A stretch of DNA of 64,000 bases from Promethearchaeota archaeon (GTDB taxonomy: Archaea > Asgardarchaeota > Lokiarchaeia > Sigyniarchaeales > SOKP01): assembly GCA_048937405.1 (NCBI GenBank), contig JBHLNF010000001.1, positions 512,001 to 576,000 of the forward strand, read 5' to 3'. The notes beneath the pieces are model-generated. The model worked only from the letters and a program-made list of their open reading frames with translations, did not search any database and was not told the DNA's origin. Positions 47,216 to 57,101 of the stretch are shown piece by piece (position 1 is the first letter of the stretch; the number at the start of each line of letters is the position of its first letter). The position numbers and the translations under genes are program-made.

Positions 47216-48487
47216 TTATATACTTTCTGGAGATATAATAAACCCTTTTAAAGCGGAAGATGCAGCAATCACTGGATTTGATAAATAGACTTCGCTTTCG
47301 GTGTGTCCCATCCTTCCCATAAAATTTCTATTTGTTGTTGATATTGCTCTTTCACCAGGAGCAAGGATTCCCATATGTCCTCCTAAACATGGTCCACATG
47401 TGGGTGGAGAAACAACCGCTCCAGCTTTAAGAAAAATTTCGATTAATCCTTCTTTAAGAGCATGAAGTTGAATGGTAGGAGTCCCTGGAATAATAATGCA
47501 TCTCACATTTGGATGGACCTTGTTGTTTTTCATTATTTTTGCTGCTAACCGTAGATCTTCCATTCGTCCATTGGTACAAGAACCTATTACCGCTTGGTCG
47601 ATTTCAATATGTAAATCTTGTACTTCAGATATAGGTTTTGTATTGCTTGGTAAGTGTGGAAGAGCTATTTGAGGTTCAATATTACTACAATCAATCTCAA
47701 TACTATCATGATATTTCACATTATTATCATCATATGTTTTAAATTTTGAAATTCCTACACTTTTCATATATTGTTCAGTAATTTTATCTGGAAAAATGAA
47801 TCCTGTTTTTGCTCCAGCTTCTATCGCCATATTACACATAGTAAAACGGTTTGTCATAGAAAAGTTGTTGATAATTTCTCCTGTAAACTCCATAACCTTA
47901 TATGTTGCCCCATCAACCCCAATTTTACCAATGGTATACAAAATTAAATCTTTACCAGAAACCCATTTATTCAACTGACCAGTATATATGAATCTCAAGG
48001 TTTCAGGTACTTGTAACCAACATTTTCCAAGAGCCATGGCTACACCTAGATCAGTCGAGCCAACACCCGTAGAAAAGGCTCCTAATGCCCCATATGTACA
48101 AGTATGAGAATCAGCACCAATAATTAACTCACTTGGAGCAACTAAACCCTGTTCGGGAATAAGACAATGTTCAATGCCTACTTTTCCTATTTCAAAATAG
48201 TGTTGAATGTGGTATTTCTTTGCAAAATCTTTTAAAATTTTGCACTGTATTGCCGAAGCAATATCCTTATTTGGTGTAAAATGATCTGGTGTAATTATTA
48301 TCTTGCTCGGATCGAAAACACTTCTTTCAGTTCCTTCAATAACTTTTTCGAAAACTTCTATAGCTTTTGGTGCAGTTATATCATTACCTAAACATTTATC
48401 GATATTTACTAAAACAAAATCTCCAGCAGAAATGTCCTTTTGATCACAATGATCTCTTATAATTTTTTCACTAATTGTTAGATCCAT
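47216..48487 (-). CDS. leuC: 3-isopropylmalate dehydratase large subunit
   Basis: GADSHTCT, IGSCTNGR, CGPCLGGH and NRNFMGRMG motifs. Confidence 0.94.
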   Translation of the reverse strand: MDLTISEKIIRDHCDQKDISAGDFVLVNIDKCLGNDITAPKAIEVFEKVIEGTERSVFDPSKIIITPDHFTPNKDIASAIQCKILKDFAKKYHIQHYFEIGKVGIEHCLIPEQGLVAPSELIIGADSHTCTYGALGAFSTGVGSTDLGVAMALGKCWLQVPETLRFIYTGQLNKWVSGKDLILYTIGKIGVDGATYKVMEFTGEIINNFSMTNRFTMCNMAIEAGAKTGFIFPDKITEQYMKSVGISKFKTYDDNNVKYHDSIEIDCSNIEPQIALPHLPSNTKPISEVQDLHIEIDQAVIGSCTNGRMEDLRLAAKIMKNNKVHPNVRCIIIPGTPTIQLHALKEGLIEIFLKAGAVVSPPTCGPCLGGHMGILAPGERAISTTNRNFMGRMGHTESEVYLSNPVIAASSALKGFIISPESI

Positions 48488-48527
48488 AGTTATAATAATT
48501 TTTTTTTTAAATTGAAATTAATTGATT

Positions 48528-50144
48528 TTATGACTGGCTTTTTTTCTTAACAATTAGGTTCAATCCTTTTATCAACGATAAAACAGAGCACATAACAATA
48601 TCTTCATGAATCGCACTAGCTTTAACCACTGTATTAGTTTCAACATCCATGATTTCAAGAGTAACATGCCCTAATGCCTCAGTCCCCCCTGTAATAGCAT
48701 CAATTTGAAAATTTAAAAGCACTATCTTACTCATCGGTTTAAAGCATTTAACAATTGCTTTACAGGAGGCATCTACAGGTCCTACTCCCGTTGCTGATGC
48801 TACTTTTTGCATTATATCTCCATTATTTTTGATGTTTAGTCGAACTGTTGATGTAGGTGTAACTGATCCAGTTAAAACAGTTAACTCCTCAAGCGTTACA
48901 AATTGTTCTTCTTTTGGTATTTCACCCATAACATCTTTCACAATAGCTAAGAAATCCTCTTCAGAAACTTCATGCCCCTTATCACCAAGACTTTTTACAT
49001 GTTCTCTTATTTTCATAAATTGTTCATCATTGGTCTTAATACCTAAGTCATCAATCTTAGCTTTAAGAGCATGACCACCTGTGTGTTTTCCAAGTTTTAT
49101 TGATTGCTTGATTATTGCTTCCACGTCGTCAGTACGGTGAATTCCTATTAATTCTGGAGTAATTGGTTCATATGTTCGTGCATGTTGTATCATTGCATGA
49201 GCATGGATACCTGCTTCATGAGCAAACGCATTCTGACCTATTAGTGGTTGCAATCGTCCGATCCTAACTTTTCCACCACAATAACTCTCAATTAATTTGG
49301 CTGTGGGAAAAATTTTTGTTGTTTTAATATTCATAGGGATCTGGTATAAAGCATAAAGAGACATACAAGTTTCTTCAAAAGATGCATTTCCTGCTCGTTC
49401 ACCCAATCCTAAAATAGTTGTTTGAGCTTCTGAAGCACCATTTTCAAACGCAGCGACAGTATTTGCAACAGCAAGGCCAAAATCATTATGACAATGGGCT
49501 GCAATACGAATATTTTTAGGTAAAGCTTCATGATTCTTCCGAATAATATATCCAAAAGCTACTGGAGATATTGTACCTACAGTGTCAGGTATATTTATTC
49601 GTGTGGCTCCGCTATCAATAGCAGTTAAATTAGCTTTAATTAAAAAGTCTAAATCTGATCTAGTAGCATCCTCTGCTGAAAATAAAACTATAGAATAATG
49701 TTCTTTAGCATAAGAGACAGTTTCTCTTATTCGTTCTATAACTTCATCTTTGGATAATTGAAGTTTTTCTCTCATATGTAATTCTGAAGTGGCGCAAAAT
49801 AAATGTATACTATCCATATCAGCCTCGATAACTTTATCTATATCGGGTTTCGCTGTTCTAGCTAAACCCATCACTTCAGAATCCAAACCCATTTTTGCAA
49901 TATCTCTACAAGCATCAAAATCACCTGGAGATGTTATAGGAAAACCCGCTTCTATAATATCAATTCCCAAATCATTAAGAGCTTGAGCAATAGATAGCTT
50001 TTCTTTATGAGTAAAACTTATACCTGGAGTTTGTTCCCCATCACGGAGTGTTGTATCAAAAAAGTATGCTCTCTCAGGAAGGATAAGTGATCCTCTAATT
50101 TTTTCCATCATGTCGGAAACAGCAATATCGTTTTTATTTACCAT
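48528..50144 (-). CDS. leuA: 2-isopropylmalate synthase with C-terminal regulatory domain
   Basis: DTTLRDGEQ, HCHNDFG, GERAGN and GVGPVDA motifs; heads leuCDB; Leu-rich leader supports the leucine pathway. Confidence 0.9.
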   Translation of the reverse strand: MVNKNDIAVSDMMEKIRGSLILPERAYFFDTTLRDGEQTPGISFTHKEKLSIAQALNDLGIDIIEAGFPITSPGDFDACRDIAKMGLDSEVMGLARTAKPDIDKVIEADMDSIHLFCATSELHMREKLQLSKDEVIERIRETVSYAKEHYSIVLFSAEDATRSDLDFLIKANLTAIDSGATRINIPDTVGTISPVAFGYIIRKNHEALPKNIRIAAHCHNDFGLAVANTVAAFENGASEAQTTILGLGERAGNASFEETCMSLYALYQIPMNIKTTKIFPTAKLIESYCGGKVRIGRLQPLIGQNAFAHEAGIHAHAMIQHARTYEPITPELIGIHRTDDVEAIIKQSIKLGKHTGGHALKAKIDDLGIKTNDEQFMKIREHVKSLGDKGHEVSEEDFLAIVKDVMGEIPKEEQFVTLEELTVLTGSVTPTSTVRLNIKNNGDIMQKVASATGVGPVDASCKAIVKCFKPMSKIVLLNFQIDAITGGTEALGHVTLEIMDVETNTVVKASAIHEDIVMCSVLSLIKGLNLIVKKKSQS

Positions 50145-50180
50145 GTTTTTAACCTTTTATAATTTTATTTAAAATACATA

Positions 50181-50228
50181 GCCCTTATGCTTTCAAGAAG
50201 AAAAATTCGCTCTAGAAAGAATTAGGGC
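50181..50228 (-). promoter_or_regulatory. leu leader hairpin (candidate attenuator element)
   Basis: GCCCTAATTCTTTCTAGAGCGAA pairs imperfectly with TTCTTCTTGAAAGCATAAGGGC; starts 3 nt after the leader stop; followed by TATGTATTTT. Confidence 0.7.
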
Positions 50229-50231
50229 GCT

Positions 50232-50333
50232 TTATAATAATAAGAGTAATAACAAACTCAATAATTCTAAAGGAAATAAACCTCTCAAACTTATTTTATT
50301 ATTAGAAATAAGTAGACTTTGAGTAGCTTTCAT
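50232..50333 (-). CDS. leu operon leader peptide (33 aa, 14 Leu)
   Basis: MKATQSLLISNNKISLRGLFPLELLSLLLLLLL-stop; AGGA SD-like motif upstream; 87 nt before leuA. Confidence 0.82.
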   Translation of the reverse strand: MKATQSLLISNNKISLRGLFPLELLSLLLLLLL

Positions 50334-50384
50334 AATTTATAATCCTATTAGAATTTATGATTATTAAAATAGATTGATTATAAC

Positions 50385-50400
50385 CTTATAAATTTTTCTC
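50385..50400 (-). promoter_or_regulatory. BRE-TATA promoter of the leu leader/operon
   Basis: GAGAAAAA-TTTATAAG on the minus strand, about 50 nt upstream of the leader ATG. Confidence 0.6.
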
Positions 50401-50742
50401 TGAATTAGGTTACAATCATTTTAGAAAAGGTCTGAAACTCTTTTGAATATAGGATTACTATTAAAGAATTGTCAAACCAATTGATTTTTACTTGAAAAAG
50501 AAAAGATATTTATAATAATTTCTTTTGACCAATACCTATTTTTTCTAATAGTAGAAATTAAAGGTGAATCTGAAAGCCCTACTTCTTCCAAGAAATGGAG
50601 TATATCCTTGAATTTTGTAAAAGTAGTTTGATATTTTCCTTTTTTAAAATAAATTAATCCAATTCTATTATTATATTTGGATTTTTTTAATTTTTTGTAT
50701 TTTTTCTAGGTATAAAAAGAATTATCTTAATCTATAAGTAGG

Positions 50743-51105
50743 TTATCTCACTACTTCAAATAGTTCAAGTAGCACATTATCAGGAGCACTAGCCATTACA
50801 TATTTCAAGTTATTAAGACTTTTTATTTCATTACTAAATTGATAACCTATACTTTTCATATGTTCTACAAGAGTTTCTAAATCATTGGTCTCAAATCCTA
50901 AATGCCAAAATGCTCCACTTCCTTTATCTTTAGGTGCTTGATTATAGATAATTATTTTTGATGCTCCAATTTCAATCATTACATTTCGAGTTTCAGCGGA
51001 TCCTCTATCGAACAAAATTTTAGCTTCAAACATATCTTGATAAAATTTGACACTTTCATCAAGATCAGATGCAAATAAATGGATATGATGAAGTGAGGTT
51101 TCCAT
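50743..51105 (-). CDS. VOC / glyoxalase-bleomycin resistance family protein
   Basis: LHHIHL..FYQDMF..HLGF..PDNVLLEL. Confidence 0.88.
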   Translation of the reverse strand: METSLHHIHLFASDLDESVKFYQDMFEAKILFDRGSAETRNVMIEIGASKIIIYNQAPKDKGSGAFWHLGFETNDLETLVEHMKSIGYQFSNEIKSLNNLKYVMASAPDNVLLELFEVVR

Positions 51106-51182
51106 AAATATTTTCCCTTTGAAATTTTTTTTTATTGTTATAAAATTTAATTATAGATATTTATCTAAAGCAAATATTATTT

Positions 51183-52217
51183 TTAGAATCTTTTTATTTT
51201 CTTAGGATATGCTTCAAACGACGTCCGAGGTTCTACAGAAATCCAATCCAAATTTTCTTCTAAATGTGAAAGAGATCTTAATAAATCAAAAGTTAACCAG
51301 CGTGTGGCTCTTGGATGTGCTATATAATCCCATAGACCATATTCTCCTTGTTCAGATTTTACAAAGTTGATAAAATCAGAAATCCTTTCATCATTTTTAC
51401 TTCCTCCAACTCTCCAACATAAATTTAATAAATGGGCAATGTCAAATTTTGCCATAAATGTAATAATTCCAAGGTTTCTTTCTAAACCAATTAACCGAGC
51501 TATTATAAAACCAAGATTACTTCTTAACTTTGAATCTGTTCCGAGTATTAAATCAAGAGCTCTCTTAGCTTCATCACTTTTACTATATTTTGGATGATAA
51601 GCAAGACAACTAAGAACAGTTGTAGTATTAGATCGACATCCCCATCTTGAATGGGCAAGACGGCGATATCCCGCAATACCGCCATAATTACCTGCAGATA
51701 TCCCTACAGGCCATGCACCGTCTTCTAAACGTTGTTCCATTAACCAATCAAATGAATTCTTAATTCTTTTATCAGTATAGTATCCACACATAACTAATCC
51801 TAAAAGAGGAATTGCTGTTTGAACAGGCATCATTTGATATCCAATTTCTTCATCAGTAAGTTGTTTCTTGCTTGGCATTGGCCAAGACCCGTCTTCAAGC
51901 TGTTTTGAAAAGAGAAATTCTGCTGCTTTCTGCACCACTGGATGATTTGAATCAAATCCGAAGTAGCCTAATCTCTGTAATGCCATTGAAGTTATTTGAA
52001 GGTTGTCGCTTGAAGATATTCGATTTACACCAAAAGAATCCCATGCTCCATTAGTTTTTTGGAGCTTGAATAATTCATTAACAAGTGGATCTGATTCCCT
52101 TATCTCTGACAATTCAAGCACTTCATTATCATCCTGAGGTAAGTGTAACAATTCAGTTAAGACCAAAAATCGTAAACAATATGATGGATCTGTTAATAAA
52201 AGTGGAATCCAGGTCAT
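51183..52217 (-). CDS. prenyltransferase/squalene cyclase-like alpha/alpha-barrel protein
   Basis: QxxxGxW repeats (QKTNGAW, QLEDGSW, QRLEDGAW, QGEYGLW); overlaps the UvrA-like gene stop. Confidence 0.75.
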   Translation of the reverse strand: MTWIPLLLTDPSYCLRFLVLTELLHLPQDDNEVLELSEIRESDPLVNELFKLQKTNGAWDSFGVNRISSSDNLQITSMALQRLGYFGFDSNHPVVQKAAEFLFSKQLEDGSWPMPSKKQLTDEEIGYQMMPVQTAIPLLGLVMCGYYTDKRIKNSFDWLMEQRLEDGAWPVGISAGNYGGIAGYRRLAHSRWGCRSNTTTVLSCLAYHPKYSKSDEAKRALDLILGTDSKLRSNLGFIIARLIGLERNLGIITFMAKFDIAHLLNLCWRVGGSKNDERISDFINFVKSEQGEYGLWDYIAHPRATRWLTFDLLRSLSHLEENLDWISVEPRTSFEAYPKKIKRF

Positions 52218-55200
52218 TTTCCTCCCTCTAATACTTCTTTTAAATATGGTGCTGTAGGAGTGTTTAGTTTAGCTACTTCACTAGGTGGTCCTTGTGCAAT
52301 TACATAGCCTCCTTCTGGGCCTGCTCCTGGTCCTAACTCTATTAGCCAATCACAAGAAGCCAATATATGGGGATGATGTTCAATAACAACTACACTATTG
52401 CCATTATCAACTAATAAATGTAGGGTATTAATTAGCTTAGAAACATCTTCTAAGTGTTGACCAATAGTCGGTTCATCTAGAATATATTGTGTCTCTTTTT
52501 TAGAATTTTTAGATAGTTTTTTTACAATCTTAAGTCTTTGGGCTTCACCACCAGAAAGAGTACGAGCAGGTTGATTTAGTTGTAAATATTGTAGTCCTAC
52601 TTTTTTAGCATAATTTAATTTAGTAGAAATAGATTCATAATCTCCAAATAATTCATATGCTTCCTCAATAGTTAAATTATTAATATCAGGCAAGGAAATT
52701 CCTTTAAAATGAACTTGCCATGCTTCAATTTGATACCCCGATCCATTACAAGTTTCACAAGTCTCAATAATATTAGGAAGAAATTTCATATCTATTTTGA
52801 TATAACCTCCCCCTTGACAAACAGAACATCTCTTTTTTAGTTTTTTTTCATCTAAAGCTAAAATTTTTGCATCTTCAGTCTCAGAAAATATTTTTATTAT
52901 TGGAGATTCTAATCCTAAAAATTTAAGAGGACTTCCGATTTTAGATTTTGTTTGATCGATTAATATTGTCTGAGGTAAGTTACCTTCAATCTTCTCATAC
53001 TCTCCCGGGTCAATAGGTTCTCGAGATACTGATGTTGTATGTTTAATAGGTACCAAGGCTCTTCCCAACGTGTCAATTATTAGAGTACTTTTTCCTGAAC
53101 CAGAAACCCCACATACTCCTACTAATAATTTATGAGGAATCTCAATTAAATCCCCCTTTAAATTGTATTCTTTTGCTCCATAGATCTTTAACCATTTTTT
53201 AGGTTCTCGGTGTTTTTTAGATACTTCAAATTTCTTTTTTCCACTCATCCAATCTCCCGTAATAGTTTTTGCTTTTATTATATCTTCTATAGTTCCTTCT
53301 GCAACAATTTCCCCCCCATTTACTCCCGCTCCAGGGCCCATATCAATTATATAATCCGCATTATTAATAATTAAAGGATCATGTTCAATAACTATGACTG
53401 TATTTCCGTTGTCCCTTAGTGCTTTTAATACATCTAATAAATTTTCAATTTCTGGAGGAGATAAACCTCTACTAGGCTCATCAAGTAAAATTATTAAAGA
53501 TGTCAAATCACTACCCAATAATCCAGCTAGTCGCACTCTTTGAGCTTCTCCAGCAGATAAACTTTCAGCAACACGATTTAGAGTAATATAGCCTAATCCA
53601 ATTTTAAGTAAAAAATCCAAACGTGTTAAAATGATCTTATAACTGTTTTTTACAAGATCAGGAATATAATCTTCAATCTTTACATCTTTTAATATTCCAT
53701 ATAATTTGTTCAAAGAAATGTTACACATCTGAGGTATATTATAACCTTCTAATGAAATTGCTAAGTATTGAGGACGTAATTTTAATCCATTACATTCATC
53801 ACAAGTTTTTTTATCTGTATATGTACCTCCAACATCCCAATCTCTTAACCATTGTCCATAAAAACCTTGATACTGAATTAATTTCCTAGAGATTTGACCT
53901 TTCTTATTTTCAAATTCAACATCTAAAACTTCTTTATCTCCAAATAAAAATGCATCTTTTGCTTCTTTTGACATTTCAATCCAGGGTTTTGAAAAAGGAT
54001 CAAAACCATAACGAGTTGCTAAAGCTTGGACTATATAATATCCACCATTATATGGTTTACATAGATAACCTTTCGGAAAAAAACCTGGAGAGTACATGGC
54101 ACCGTTACATAATGGTTTCTCGGGGTGAATTATTAATTTATTAGGATTAGGAACTTGAAATGAACCAACACCATGGCATTTGAGGCAAGCTGCCGAATAA
54201 TTTGTAGAAATAAAATGTCGTGGTTTAGCAAGAGGTAATGAGATATTACACTTTTTACAATACCATTTTTCCTTTCTTTCCATTTTATGATTACATTTAG
54301 GACATAATATTTCTCCCATATATGAAAATATATTCGCTAAATGGAGTGTTAAACCTGTAACCCTTCCTATAGTATTTCGAAGATTCAAAAACCAACCATG
54401 GATAATCTTTTCTGGTATTATTGATGCTGTTATCCCTAGACCTTGAATCTTTTCTACTAACGCTTCGGTACTTTCTTTAGTACTTTGTCTTTCATACATT
54501 GATAAGGTTTCTAAATATCTACGTCTTGCTTCCATCTCAAGTGTATCCATTATTAGGCTGGATTTCCCTGATCCTGAAACACCTGTGACTACAGTAAATT
54601 TCTTTTTTGGGATTTTGACATCTACATTCTTAAGATTATGAGCATGAGCGTTTTGAATGATAATGTATTCTGAACTTTTTCTTACTTTCTTTTTTTTTTG
54701 GATTAATGGCATAACACGCTCTTCCATTTTTAAGGATTGAGCAGTAAGAGATTCTTCAGTTTCCATAAACTTATCTAAAGGACCTTGATACATAACTTTA
54801 CCACCATTTGGTCCTGAACCCTGACCAAGGTCTATGACCCAATCAGCAGCCCTAATTATATCAATATTGTGTTCTACGATCACAATTGTTGCTCCATTGT
54901 GGAGTAATCTATCTAAAATTGTTAATAATCCCGCTAAATCTTGAGAGTGTAATCCTGTTGAAGGTTCATCAAGAATTATTAAATGATCTTTTAAATTTTT
55001 TTTTCCAAGGTATTTTGATAATTTAATTCGCTGAGCTTCACCCCCAGATAATGTTGGAGAAGGTTGACCTAAGGAGAGATATCCTAAACCTATATCATTA
55101 AGAGCTTTTAACATTTGTCTTACTGATTTAAAATCTCCAACAGTCAATCTTTTTTCTTTATCAAAAATCTTTACAACTTCTGAAATTGGTAGATCATAGA

Positions 55201-57085
55201 ATTCTGCTATAGAATACTCCTTATCCTCAAACTGAACTTTTTCCTCAAGTATCTCTTCAGAAAATCTCTGCCCATTACAGTCTGGACATGTGATCCAATT
55301 AGAGGGTAAATATCTCATCTTAATTTCAAGGGAACCCATCCCGTTACATGTTAGACATTGTCCTTCTGGAGTATTGAATGAAAAGAACGTAGCTTTAAAT
55401 TTAGTAGCTTTGGCAAATAGCTTTCTAATAATATCAGCAATTTTAGTGTAAGTAGCTGGATTTGATCTTGGATTTTTCCCTATAGGTCCTTGATCTACCA
55501 TGATAGGTCTCAATTTTGTTCCGGTAATGTTATTACAACCTATTGGTTCTTTTTTTTTTAATGAACTAAACAAAACATCTTCTACCAATGTACTTTTTCC
55601 AGAACCAGATACACCTGTTATAACCGTTAGTCGGTTTAAGGGAATTTTAACATTAATATTTTTCAAATTATGCTTATAAGCTTTCTCAATTGTTAGAAAG
55701 AGTTGAGGTTTAGCTCTATGCTGGGGAATTATTACTCGTTCTCTCAAGCTAAAAAACTTTCCAGTAGGTGTATCTGATTTCCATAACTCTGCAGGAGTCC
55801 CAGTAAATATAATCTCACCCCCTTCTCTTCCAGCTCCCGGACCAATATCAATAACATTGTCTGCATACATGGCAGCTTGCCGATCGTGTTCAATATAAAT
55901 TATTGGACCAGCAAGATTCTGAAGTATTGGCAGTAATCGCGCAACGTCAGATGGATGTTGACCAATCGTTGGTTCATCAAGGATATGAGTAATATCTTCT
56001 AATTCACTTAATAAGGCAATAGCTAGTCGAACTCTTTGAGATTCTCCCCTAGATAATGTTGGTGAAACACGGTCTAATTCTAAATAATCTAATCCTACAG
56101 AATTTAATGAAAATAACCGTCTTTTTATTTCTTGTAATAACCTAACCGTAATCGAAAGTTCTTCTTTATAGAAATAAGCTACTAGTTCTCCAACTGATTT
56201 TGTTAAAATCTCGGGAAATAACATCCCCTCCCAAGTAACATTAGATGCAAGAGGGTGATATCCTGTTTCATTACATTGCTTGCACCCTTTTCCTTTACAA
56301 TAAGGACAATTTTTCTTAAAATGCATTGGCTCAAGATCTCCGAACCAAGTACCACATTCCACACATGCAGGCACTCGAGAAATAAGAAAATTAGATGTTT
56401 TTCCTTTAATTATTAATGAATTTGACCCTAATGAAGAGATAATTTTAACTATGTCTCGGATCTCATTAATATTAGTGCTTGTTGTTACTTGGCCAATTTG
56501 AATCTGAATATCATGAGGTTCTTTTGGATTTAATTTTGAAATTATGGATTGTCCATCCACCAAGATAGTTTCAGGACTGAATTTCTTCTTCAAAAGGTTA
56601 ATTAAGGTTTGATGACTCCCTTTTAATTTTCTTACTAAAAGAGCTGATATTGTAACTGGCTCGATATGTCTTAATCCTTCAATTTTCGCGATTATTTCAT
56701 CTTCTCTTAAAATGGATAATTTAGAACCGCAAACATGACATGTTCTATCACCAAATCTAGCATAAAGAATTTTTAATAAAGGTATAAGACCTATCGCAGA
56801 TGCCAAAATAGAATTAGGGTTTCGGTTAAGTACATTTTGACTAAGCGCTATTGTAGGTCCTAAACCAGTGATTGACCTTACTTTTGCAGGATTTAGTTTC
56901 ATCTCTTCTTTACTAACTGAAAATGCTTCTAAAAATCTACGTCTAGCTTCTTTATATAATGTATCGAATATTAGTGAGGTTTTTCCCGATCCAGAAACCC
57001 CTGTTACCACAGTAAGTCCGTCCTTGATGGTAACATCAATATCTTTTAGGTTGTTTTCTCTTGCACCTTGAATTTTTATTTCCAT
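52214..57085 (-). CDS. uvrA: double-length UvrA-like ATPase (four ABC nucleotide-binding domains)
   Basis: Four GVSGSGK Walker A motifs, four LSxGE signatures, multiple CxxC pairs. Confidence 0.88.
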   Translation of the reverse strand: MEIKIQGARENNLKDIDVTIKDGLTVVTGVSGSGKTSLIFDTLYKEARRRFLEAFSVSKEEMKLNPAKVRSITGLGPTIALSQNVLNRNPNSILASAIGLIPLLKILYARFGDRTCHVCGSKLSILREDEIIAKIEGLRHIEPVTISALLVRKLKGSHQTLINLLKKKFSPETILVDGQSIISKLNPKEPHDIQIQIGQVTTSTNINEIRDIVKIISSLGSNSLIIKGKTSNFLISRVPACVECGTWFGDLEPMHFKKNCPYCKGKGCKQCNETGYHPLASNVTWEGMLFPEILTKSVGELVAYFYKEELSITVRLLQEIKRRLFSLNSVGLDYLELDRVSPTLSRGESQRVRLAIALLSELEDITHILDEPTIGQHPSDVARLLPILQNLAGPIIYIEHDRQAAMYADNVIDIGPGAGREGGEIIFTGTPAELWKSDTPTGKFFSLRERVIIPQHRAKPQLFLTIEKAYKHNLKNINVKIPLNRLTVITGVSGSGKSTLVEDVLFSSLKKKEPIGCNNITGTKLRPIMVDQGPIGKNPRSNPATYTKIADIIRKLFAKATKFKATFFSFNTPEGQCLTCNGMGSLEIKMRYLPSNWITCPDCNGQRFSEEILEEKVQFEDKEYSIAEFYDLPISEVVKIFDKEKRLTVGDFKSVRQMLKALNDIGLGYLSLGQPSPTLSGGEAQRIKLSKYLGKKNLKDHLIILDEPSTGLHSQDLAGLLTILDRLLHNGATIVIVEHNIDIIRAADWVIDLGQGSGPNGGKVMYQGPLDKFMETEESLTAQSLKMEERVMPLIQKKKKVRKSSEYIIIQNAHAHNLKNVDVKIPKKKFTVVTGVSGSGKSSLIMDTLEMEARRRYLETLSMYERQSTKESTEALVEKIQGLGITASIIPEKIIHGWFLNLRNTIGRVTGLTLHLANIFSYMGEILCPKCNHKMERKEKWYCKKCNISLPLAKPRHFISTNYSAACLKCHGVGSFQVPNPNKLIIHPEKPLCNGAMYSPGFFPKGYLCKPYNGGYYIVQALATRYGFDPFSKPWIEMSKEAKDAFLFGDKEVLDVEFENKKGQISRKLIQYQGFYGQWLRDWDVGGTYTDKKTCDECNGLKLRPQYLAISLEGYNIPQMCNISLNKLYGILKDVKIEDYIPDLVKNSYKIILTRLDFLLKIGLGYITLNRVAESLSAGEAQRVRLAGLLGSDLTSLIILLDEPSRGLSPPEIENLLDVLKALRDNGNTVIVIEHDPLIINNADYIIDMGPGAGVNGGEIVAEGTIEDIIKAKTITGDWMSGKKKFEVSKKHREPKKWLKIYGAKEYNLKGDLIEIPHKLLVGVCGVSGSGKSTLIIDTLGRALVPIKHTTSVSREPIDPGEYEKIEGNLPQTILIDQTKSKIGSPLKFLGLESPIIKIFSETEDAKILALDEKKLKKRCSVCQGGGYIKIDMKFLPNIIETCETCNGSGYQIEAWQVHFKGISLPDINNLTIEEAYELFGDYESISTKLNYAKKVGLQYLQLNQPARTLSGGEAQRLKIVKKLSKNSKKETQYILDEPTIGQHLEDVSKLINTLHLLVDNGNSVVVIEHHPHILASCDWLIELGPGAGPEGGYVIAQGPPSEVAKLNTPTAPYLKEVLEGGK

Positions 57086-57101
57086 ACTATTAAAGATTCT
57101 T

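Noticed and set aside
50472-50700. Minus-strand stop-free stretch (..GKYQTTFTKFKDILHFLEEVGLSDSPL..)
   Set aside because: No plausible start or recognisable family; possibly a decayed gene fragment
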